Source: Nemertoderma westbladi (lineage: Eukaryota > Animalia > Xenacoelomorpha). Taken from it: a stretch of DNA of 51,094 nucleotides. A program made the translations under genes and the position numbers. Within the stretch, counting starts at the first letter, position 1; the number at the start of each line of letters is the position of its first letter. The stretch spans positions 1-51,094 of the forward strand of contig JAUCBJ010006966.1 of the NCBI GenBank assembly GCA_032718475.1, written 5' to 3'. The notes under the pieces are model-generated. The model was given only the letters and a program-made list of their open reading frames with translations, made no database searches and was not told the origin of the DNA. Shown here piece after piece: positions 36,361 to 45,958 of this stretch.

Positions 36361-37689
36361 TGCAAAGTTAAATATATAACGGCAGAAAGTGTTTACATGG
36401 GCCCAAGATTAAAATAAAGCTGCTGAAAATAATGTTACAGTTCTTTTTCTTGTATTCTATGATACATAAAGGATAATTACATTATTATAATTGCATTAAA
36501 CATACTGTATAATATAGAACTTATGTCCATTAACTTTGTACGAATTATCTGCATTGCTATTCCCATAACAGAAGTTTCCAATGCGATTTCGTCGTTAAGG
36601 CTGTGACGGTGACCCCCCTGTGTATCAATACCGTTTTCATTTTCACCACAATCCCAAACAGCGCCAGTTTAGTTTTATACTGTAGCTTGGATCGTTCGTC
36701 AATAGTCTCTGCGTCTCTCCTTTGTATATTTATTGCTAAATTCATCAATTATTCTAGAACCAACCTGCAAAAAATATAAAACGTTAGTTTGTTATTTTCA
36801 TAATTGCTCAGCAGTGGGGGCAACATACAGTACATGAAACATTTAAAAGCTCATATCTCAGCAATTCCTCGAAGAGTTTGTTACTGTACATATTGTAATT
36901 TGTGGAAGTTTGGTGCCATACAGTAGGTATAGTTTGGTGTAAGTTGGATGCAGAGTGGAAGTGCAGTGGAAGTTGGGTGTAGTGGGGTGGAACTGTGTGG
37001 GTGTAGTTGGCTGAAAGTTGGGTGTAGTTGGGTGAAAGTTGGGTGTAGTTGGGTGAAAGTTGGGTGTAGTTGGGTGTAGTTGGGTGAAAGTTGGGTGTAG
37101 TTGGGTGTAGTTGGGTGAAAGTTGGGTGTAGTTGGGTGTTTAGGCTGACCGCTAGCCCAGTAGCCTAGCAGCCTCGGTCAGTCGGTGACAGACTAACAGA
37201 GCAGCAGAGGGTGAGTCGAGTCTTTAGCATATCGTTGCAACTTGTAGACTGGAAATGTTTGAATGCTAATACTGTAATACAGTAATAACAATTAAGTCGG
37301 TTAATGAAATGAAATGGAACAAAACATGATAGAGTCTACACACAGTCCAGCAGTCTGACAGTACCGGTACACTGATAGCTGGATAGGCTTCTTTAGTTCC
37401 TCGGCGACGGTCCGTTTTTGGAAGGTTTTTGCAGGTTTTTGAATGTTATCACTAGGTTTTTTTAGTGTTTCTGTCAGGCTGTATTTGTATTACGGTACTT
37501 GATTGATTAGATTGACCTGACTGCTGGACTGCCTGACAGCCTGAGCTTGGTTGGTCCATCAGTTCATTCGTTATGGTTCGATATATTATATGGCTGTATG
37601 GGGCTGCATTTCTTCAAGATTATATTTTATACAGCACTGGCAGTTGGCTGACTGGCAGTTGGCAGACTGGTAGATAAGCCTACGATATA

Positions 37690-40378
37690 CAGTCGGTGAT
37701 ATAGGCGATTTTGGACTTATTCCAATTTTGGAACTTTGTGCAAGGGTAGATTCCGAAATCGGAATACACTCCAAAATTGGACTTTTATAAATTAAAAAAA
37801 AATATTTTAAAGTCCTGCAAGTATATTTCCATCATAAATTCTATCATTTTTCAATAAATATATGTTTTTTGTGCCAAATTCAATATTCCTACCATGCTTT
37901 TGCAGAAATGTATTCATACATTCCAAAATTGGACTTTGTTTGCAGAGATGCTATGGAGGATGACTGCTGTAACCTGTAACACTAGTAACAAGGTACAGGG
38001 GTCCGACCATAAGCAGATAAGGCTATATGGGCACGACTAGAGCTGTACCCTGTACAGCTGTACAGCACAGTTTTACGATAGAAGCACAGCTGCAGCTAGA
38101 CCCTAGACCAAGCAGCAGCTTGGTCTATTGGTGATGGTGACATTCCTGGGCTTCCAATTAGGAAGCCAAGTTTCGATCCCTAGAAGGTCCTTGTGAGTGG
38201 TCAATAAATGGGAACCAAGGCAACATTGGAAAACATAATGGAAGAGGTTTACTATAGAATATCATCCATGGTGCGATGGTGGTGAACAGGCATTCCTTGG
38301 CTTAATGAGCCTAAAAAGATTATCCCATTCAATCAGCCTCAGCCAATATCATGAAGTGGGGTGTTAGCTATGATGGAAAATAAATAGACCTCTTAATCGT
38401 TTCAATATATTGTTTTAGTGTCTCATGTGCTGCGCGAAGGCCTTTGAACCGTTTCAACAGATTGTTTTAGTATCTCACATACTGCGCGAACGCGAAGGTA
38501 TCTTAAACGTTTCAACAGTTTGTTACACAATGTTGGAGTCTTGGAGTACGCCACGTGCTGCGCGAAGGTCTCTTAAACGTTTCAACAGCTTGTTACACAA
38601 TGTTACAGTGCGCCACGTGCTGCGCGAAGGTCTCTCAAACGTTTCAACAGATTGTTACACAATGTTACAGTAAGCCACGTGCTGCGCGAAGGTCTCTTAA
38701 GCATTTGAACAGTTTGTTACACAATGTTACAGTGCGCCACGTACTGCGCGAAGGTCTCTCAAACGTTTCAACAGATTGTTACACAATGTTACAGTAAGCC
38801 ACGTGCTGCGCGAAGGTCTCTTAAACGTTTCAACAGCTTGTTACACACTGTTACAGTTCGCCACATGCTGCGCAAAGTTCTCAAACGTTTCAACAGATTG
38901 TTTCAGTACCCCATGTGCTGCACGTAGGTCTATTAAACGTTTCAACAGCTTGTTAACAATGTTACAGTACGCCACGTGCTGCGCGAAGGACTCTTAAACG
39001 TTTCAACAGCTTGTTACACAATGTTGGAGTACGCCACGTGCTGCGCGAAGGTCTCTTAAACGTTTCAACAGCTTGTTACAATGTTACAGCGAGCCACGTG
39101 CCCCGTGAAGGTCTCTTAAACGTTTCAACAGTTTGTTGCACAATGTTGGAGTACGCCACGTGCTGCGCGAAGGTCTCTTAAACGTTTCAACAGCTTGTTA
39201 CACAATGTTACAGATCTCCACATGCTGCGCGAAGGTCTCAAACGTTTTAACAGATTGTTTCAGTATTTCACATACTTCGCGAAGGTCTCTCAAACGTTTC
39301 ATCAGATTGTTATACAATGTTACAGTATCGCATGTGCTGCACGAAGGTCTCTTAAACGTTTCAACAGATTGTTTCAGTATCCAACATGCTGCACGAAGGT
39401 CTCTTAAACGTTTCAACAGATTGTTACAGTATCCAACATGCTGCGCGAAGGTCTCTTAAACGTTTCAACAGCTTGTTACACAATGTTACAGATCTCCACA
39501 TGCTGCGCGAAGGTCTCAAACGTTTTAACAGATTGTTTCAGTATTTCACATACTTCGCGAAGGTCTCTCAAACGTTTCATCAGATTGTTATACAATGTTA
39601 CAGTATCGCATGTGCTGCACGAAGGTCTCTTAAACGTTTCAACAGATTGTTTCAGTATCCAACATGCTGCACGAAGGTCTCTTAAACGTTTCAACAGATT
39701 GTTTCAGTATCCAACATGCTGCACGAAGGTCTCTTAAACGTTTCAACAGATTGTTACAGTGCCCCACATGCTGCACGAAGGTCTCTTAAACGTTTCAATG
39801 GATTGTTTAGTATCTCAAATACTGCGTGAAGGACATGGAAGGTATCTTAATCATTTCAACAGATTGTTACAGTTCTAGTTTTTAAAATCTATTTACGTAT
39901 GTACATTGTACGTACATTGACAAAGTGAAACAAAATAGAGTAAATAAGATAAATTTCATTCAGAAAGACAACTGTGGACTTAAAGTGCTAAGTGCTGCTA
40001 TGTGCTGTTCAATACAAACAATACGCTACCCATTCTGCCATTTTACTGCAGTGTACTGTACCTACAGCGTAGTACAGTAGTATAGTGCTGATGGAAAGAC
40101 AAAATTGGACCTAAAGTCCAAAATTGGATGCGCAAAACTTTAAATGTCGGTTGTCTTTGTGGTGCACCGTGAAATTTTCTCGTGCACGGTCAAAGCTCTT
40201 ATTTTGTAGTAAAGAACATGTAGGTTAAATTTCAGATCCCGTCTGAAAAAATTGTAGGCCGTGGAAAATTCACTGTAATTCATATCAAAATTAATTCCGA
40301 TATTGGAATGGAAGTCCAATTTTGACTTAGCAAGTTCCAAAATTGGATCAAGTCCAAAATCGCCTATATCACCGACTG
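37690..40378. mobile_element. Non-autonomous TIR element, CAG...CTG ends, 5-bp TSD (ATATA)
   Basis: ATATA|CAGTCGGTGATATAGGCGATTTTGGACTT ... AAGTCCAAAATCGCCTATATCACCGACTG|ATATA. Perfect 29-bp TIR with ccaaaattgga subterminal repeats. A related solo end (CAGTCACTGATCTATGCCAAAATTGG) is at 31196. Confidence 0.92.
38395..39872. repeat. Satellite of ~44-61-bp units (gctgcgcgaaggtctcttaaacgtttcaacag...)
   Basis: About 25 copies, including an exact 278-bp higher-order duplication (39160-39438 vs 39438-39716). Confidence 0.96.
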
Positions 40379-40564
40379 ATATAGGTACCGGTATTGTGGT
40401 ATTACAATAATCGATTTGATATTTGTTTTAAAAAGTACTAGTCTGTAGTCTGTGGGTTTCATGCATGGACTGATGGAACCAAAATATATTTTTGTCATCA
40501 GAAATTTTCAAAAAATAAGCAATTTGGCTCTTTTTTGTGATCAAAAACCTAAAAACCTAGTTTT

Positions 40565-42821
40565 CAGCCATTCCAGCGTAACGGTCGTGATATTCCGCAT
40601 GGGTTTCCGGTATTAATGAGTATTCTAAGGGCACATGGAAGAATGATATTGAAAAGATATTACTATGATATGATCCTAAGATATGGACCTTTAATAAAAT
40701 AGAAACCGCACTGGAATACATTACGTTTTATTGATTGTATTCCAGTTTAAAGTTGGCGTAACGGTCGTCGTGACCGGGTTTTCTTGTACGCTGATTTTAA
40801 TAGAAGGCTTTTTACATTCCGCAATTGAACACATCTACCATTTTTGGTGCTAAAATGAAAAGTGCAAGTAACAAGTATTTTTCAAATTAATGAAAACAAC
40901 TAGACTTGTAGGAATGGTATTTATTTCAATTACATATAGGTTTTCTGGTACGCCGATTTCAATGGAAGGCTTTTTAAATTCCGCAGTTGAACACATCTAC
41001 TATTTTTGGCGCTAAAATGAAAAGTGCAAGTAAACAGCATTTTTCAAATTAATGAAAACAACTAGACTTGTAGGAATGGTGTTTATTTCAATTACATACA
41101 GGTTTTCTGGTGCGCTGATTTCAATGGAAGGCTTTTTAAATTCCGCAGTTGAACACACCTACCATTTTTGGTGCTAAAATGAAAAGTGCAAGTAACCAGC
41201 ATTTTTCAAATTAGTGAAAACAATAAGAATTTTAGGAATGGTATTTATTTCAATTACATACAGGTTTTCTGGTACGCCGATTTCAATGGAAGGCTTTTTA
41301 AATTCCGCAGTTGAACGCACCTACTGACCTACCGTTTTTGGTGCTAAAATGAAAAGTGCAAGTAACCAGCATTTTTAAAATTAGTTGAAACAATAAGAAT
41401 TGTAGGAATGGCTGAATGGTATTTATTTCAATTACATACAGGTTTTCTGGTACGCCGATTTCAATAGAAGGCTTTTTAAATTCCGCAGTTGAACACATCC
41501 ACTGACATACCATTTTTGGTGCTAAAATGAAAAGTGCAAGTAACGAGCATTTTTCAAATTAGTGAAAACAACTAGAATTGTACGAATGGTGTTTCTTTCT
41601 CTATTACATACAGTTTTTCCTGCTGTTCTGGTACGCCGATTTCAATGAAAGGCTTTTCAAATTCCGCAGTTGACTGGTTGAACATACCTACCATTTTTGG
41701 TGCTAAAATGAAAAGTGCAAGTAAACAGCATTTTTCAAATTAGTGAAAACAACTAGACATGTAGGGATGGTGTTTATTTCTATTACATACAGGTTTTCTG
41801 GTGCGCTGATTTCAATGGAAGGCTTTTTAAATTCCGCAGTTGAATAGGCCTACACCTACAATGTTCGGTGCTAAAATGAAAAGTGCAAGAGTAAATAAAC
41901 ATAATTTTTCAAATTTTGCAGATTATATGTAAGCAGCCATACGTTCTACTGTTCTATGTAGTATTGTAAGCTGATATTTTGGTTATTATGTGTACTACCT
42001 GATTACAGTATAATTATAATTACATCCCACAGCAGCAGTGGTATCATAAATGATACAAATTAATTTATACTGTATAATAATGATTCCTAAGTTTGTGTCA
42101 CAACCGTTACGGTCATAAGTGCTCTTATGGCACATTATAGGTTAAGAAGAAACCTTTGTACACCCAATATTACAATTATCACTTTGTGTGGAATCATATT
42201 CCAAAATGTAATCTAAATGGAGAGTAAAAAAGACGACCTTTCGTTCCTTGAATTATACATGCTATGCTAATATTCCCATTTCCCACATGTTAATGTCACG
42301 ACCGTTACGCTGATTACTACAACTGGAACATACAGTCAAGTTAAACTACATGACTCAAACAATTGATACGAACCACCTAACAATAGATATAAAAGATTAT
42401 AACCATTACTGCCGGGGATATGGAGATATTGGAAAAACTTGTTCTTCAGCGTAACGGTCGTGACATATTTTCCATCCACTCATTACAATGCTATTAGAAA
42501 AATATTTATTAGTTGTACATTATTTAACCGACATAGCTAATTACTACATAGATATAAGATTCTGAAAAACATATGGCATTGCCAGTTTGGTAATTATCAT
42601 GCCATTTTGGTTTGTATGTAATTATGCCAAAAATATTGAATTTTTGGCATTTTTTAAATCACATTTTGCGGACGCTGTAAAAAAAATTGGCGAGGGTTGT
42701 GGAACATTTGAAAGCAGTTTTATGAAGCACAATATGTGTGCTACACACTCAATACAAAATAAATGCATTTCTAAGTACTTTCATTTTTCACCAAAAGGTT
42801 TACTTTTGCTTGGAATGGCTG
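40565..42821. mobile_element. TIR element (CAGCCATTCCA...TGGAATGGCTG) carrying a 162-bp array, nested in a hAT-like relic
   Basis: 11-bp TIR with TTTT on both flanks and cgtaacggtcgtga subterminal motifs. The host relic has aaaaccta repeats and ends ...tttgccagccctg at 42910. Confidence 0.65.
40775..41900. repeat. 162-bp tandem repeat, ~7 copies
   Basis: ttccgca recurs at 40817, 40979, 41141, 41303, 41481, 41662 and 41832 (spacings 162, 162, 162, 178, 181, 170). Confidence 0.96.
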
Positions 42822-44539
42822 TTTTACTGTTTTAGGCTTTTTTCAAATTTTGGGTTTTGACAAAAATCGACAAAAACCTAGGTTTACAAAAACCTACTTT
42901 GCCAGCCCTGACTATCAGACTATGATTATAGCTCATCTATACTTCGTGCTGCGCGAAGGCCCCTTTAGTCAGTTAGTGCAGTAGCAGAGTAGTTTAAGCT
43001 AAATTTTGTACCGGTATATTACAACCGTATTACCTCGTATTAGTCATTACTATAATATAGAATATGAAATTAATTACTGTCAGACTTTGGAGCATTATTT
43101 ATTAGCATCTTATTTGATTAGGCCATCAGTAGAGTTCTAGATTCTAGACCGTAGTTGAGAAAAAGATATTATTTATTGTATTACCTAACCTACAGACCTA
43201 CCTATGTTAAAAAACTCAGGATCCCATCTGGCTTTTCTGGGATACGCAGCAGGAGCAGATAATATTCTACATCCAGGCCAGACTGGAATCCATACACTTT
43301 GCGCCAGATTAATCCGGCGCGCTTTACAATAAAAATAAAAACGCGCCAAGTTGGCGCTTGGCGTGCTCGAAAATCTCAAAACGCGCCGGCTCTGGCGCAT
43401 GGCGCTCCTACAAATATAAACCGGAATGGCCACAACCTATGAACGTGCCAAAGGGTACTTAGCATGGGGTCAACACAACACATTGTCAGTGACCAATGCA
43501 TTAAGACAGTAAGTATCCCAGGAAATACATGGTCGGCTTTTTGTCGACGAAATATAGCTGTCTTTTCTGCTTTTCGCTTGGCTAAAAGGCCGTATTGCCA
43601 GCTGCCAGCTGTGGGAGTGATGAAGGGGGAGGGTCGTAAGCAAGGTGGATCGTAACTAAGTTGGGAGAGGTATTGAAAAAATAAAATTGCATTAGGCCTA
43701 CGTGCTACGTACCGTAATTTATGACCAGCACAGCAACAGACTGACAGATGAATTGAATACCGGTAGGGTAGCCCAATACTGAATACACTGGAATACTGGT
43801 ATAAGGACTCAGGACTACTCTATTAAAATACAGAAATATAATAATACTGAGACAACTGATAAAATACTAATAATATAATTAATTAATATACAGATATATA
43901 GGCCTAATAAATAATATACTGAGACAAGTTCGCTTTGCTTTCAACGTGGGATCTAAGTTCGCTTCGCGACTAACATGATGATTACCAAACAGCCAAAGGC
44001 TTTTATTAATAGCATAAATTGGGATCTATGTTCAACTAGTTAGAATCTATGTTCGGAAATATCTAAGATCATCAAAATCAGGCCTCTAAAAATACAGTAG
44101 CGACTAAGCGAGTAGCCGAGTAGATGTAGCATGTAGGCCTACAAGTTCTCTCCTAAGTGCTTAACATATTATATTTAACATCATGAGATGTATCATTACC
44201 AGTAGCGTAGCGGGTAGCATCCAACTGTCCATGTCCAATGAGTAGAAAGGATTCCAAAAAACCTTTAGAGGGCCTATTATTATGTATTACTGTATTAGTA
44301 GAGTTAAGGATGCTCCTTCCCAGAATTTAGTCTTACAGTCTTATGTTACGCCTACACATGTCTACAGTCCACAGTCCTTTACGGCTGATCGGTGCGATTC
44401 GGTGGTAGTTCTGTGATCTGGGTTAGTAGGGTCTGGCCTTGGCCTACTGCCTGACTGCGATAGGCTGCCTGTGTCGCTGTGTGCCCAGGTCAGCAGGTGT
44501 GCCTGGCCTACTTATATCAGTATATCAGTATATGGAGCA

Positions 44540-45958
44540 ATGGCATACCATATGGTAGATAATAATGATGGTTATGAAAGTAACCGCGTATCCGAACAAC
44601 CGTTATGGAAATCCTATCTGTACCAACTTCAACAGCAGGCACCGAAACCGAAACGGATTGTGTCTGAGCGCTCTATTCCCAACCGTCCGGAATTCTACGG
44701 ACGAGAATACCACGGCCCGATATCGCGCGAACAAGCGACGCAGTTGCTCCGAGCCGACGGTGATTACTTGATCCGCGAGAGTCAACGCCAGCCCGGGAGC
44801 TACACACTGGGACTCCGCTTCCACGGGGATAACAAAAACTACAAACTTTACTTCGACCACTCCAGTCGGACACATTATGTCGGGGAGAAGCGATTCGAGA
44901 CGATGCAGGAGTTGGTGCAAGACGGGTTGATCACGATGTACATGGAGCTGGAAGCCTCGGACTATATCTCAGTGATGGCCCAGGAGCCCGTGTACGACCG
45001 GGTCACCCAGTTCCAGAAACACAAACATCCCGCACGTGTCGGTAACAGCGAGGTATCCGCACGTCCCGGTAACGCCGAAGTTTACGCACCGGTACAGCAG
45101 CTGCAGGTGAGTATCGCTGAGGCTGACACCGCCGGTGACACCGCAGTTAGCACCGCTACTGCCGCACCGCAATGCTACGACTACGAGAAGCCACACGGTT
45201 TCAAGATGAACTCATTCAAAGGCCTCCACTGGTGTCAGTGGTGCGGAAACTTTATGTGGGGATTGGTGCAGCAGGGGATGCGCTGCGCAGATTGCGGTCT
45301 CATTATCCACAAACAATGCGCGGTCTCTGTCCCTCGTGACTGCGTCCCGGACATGAAGTTCGTTAAACGCGTGTTCGGGGTCGACCTGACTACCTTGGTG
45401 AAGGCGTATAAGACCAGCATCCCGTTCGTGGTGGAGGTCTGCGTGCGGGAGTTGGAGAGCCGCGGCTTGCATTGCGAGGGGCTGTACCGGGAGTGCGGGT
45501 TCAACGAGGACATCGAGTCGATCCGATCCGCGTTCGAGTCCGACGGCGCGGGAGCTCGACTCGAAGAGTTCGACGACGTGAACGCGGTCGCCGGGGCGCT
45601 CAAACTCTACTTCCGGGACCTGCCCATCCCGCTGATTAGTTTCGAGGCGTATCCCCACTTTATAGCGGCGGCCAATCGTGAGTCGTTCCCGCAGCGGGTG
45701 GAGTCGCTCCGCGCCGCGTTGCAGGCCCTCCCTCCCGCGCACTTCCAGACGCTCCGATACTTCCTCGCTCATCTCGTTCGCGTCTCCCGCCTCTCCGACT
45801 CCAACCTGATGGGGCCGGAGAACCTCGGCGTTGTGTTCGGCCCCACGCTCCTCCGCTGCCCGGAGTCCCAGTCCTGGGCGATGTTATCCGAGTTGCCCAC
45901 ACAGCGACTCGTTGTGGAACTGCTCGTCACCGGGTATACAACTCTGTTTCCGAGCTAA
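44540..45958 (+). CDS. CHN1: Chimaerin (SH2 - C1 - RhoGAP Rac GAP), 472 aa from first ATG, no introns in CDS
   Basis: Chimaerin N-terminal motif LWKSYLYQLQQQAPKPKRI; SH2 (YHGPISREQA, YLIRES); C1 (H...WCQWC...CADC..H..C...C); RhoGAP (VFGVDL, GLYR, ALKLYFRDLP, NLMGPENLGVVFGPTL). The ORF-track start 44471 is GTG; the first ATG is 44540. Probably co-orthologous to CHN1/CHN2. Confidence 0.93.
   Translation: MAYHMVDNNDGYESNRVSEQPLWKSYLYQLQQQAPKPKRIVSERSIPNRPEFYGREYHGPISREQATQLLRADGDYLIRESQRQPGSYTLGLRFHGDNKNYKLYFDHSSRTHYVGEKRFETMQELVQDGLITMYMELEASDYISVMAQEPVYDRVTQFQKHKHPARVGNSEVSARPGNAEVYAPVQQLQVSIAEADTAGDTAVSTATAAPQCYDYEKPHGFKMNSFKGLHWCQWCGNFMWGLVQQGMRCADCGLIIHKQCAVSVPRDCVPDMKFVKRVFGVDLTTLVKAYKTSIPFVVEVCVRELESRGLHCEGLYRECGFNEDIESIRSAFESDGAGARLEEFDDVNAVAGALKLYFRDLPIPLISFEAYPHFIAAANRESFPQRVESLRAALQALPPAHFQTLRYFLAHLVRVSRLSDSNLMGPENLGVVFGPTLLRCPESQSWAMLSELPTQRLVVELLVTGYTTLFPS

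Larger units (their letters stand above)
32401..37151. mobile_element. Mutator-like long-TIR (foldback) non-autonomous element, 9-bp TSD CTAGCCCAG
   Basis: CTAGCCCAG|GGGTCAGCCTAA ... TTAGGCTGACCG|CTAGCCCAG. The arms 32401-~33960 and ~36080-37151 are inverted copies once nested inserts are removed. Confidence 0.88.

Noticed and set aside
36970-37140. Telomeric repeat
   Set aside because: Units are 10/11 bp, not TTAGGG or TTAGG, and are mirrored within TIRs of an internal element.
38125-38340. Second SINE copy (gtttcgatccc, taaatgggaacc)
   Set aside because: Too degraded to fix boundaries or family by eye.
44471-44539. ORF-track N-terminal extension of chimaerin
   Set aside because: It starts at GTG and consists largely of footprint duplications. 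ATG 44540 (or 44552) fits homologue length.
45104-45150. Perfect splice donor CAG|GTGAGT inside chimaerin
   Set aside because: The nearest acceptors give 40- or 44-nt introns that would frameshift, and the ORF is already continuous and full length.
44603-45902. Antisense ORFs over chimaerin, and over SARDH and gag
   Set aside because: Shadow ORFs of real coding sequence with no recognisable motifs.
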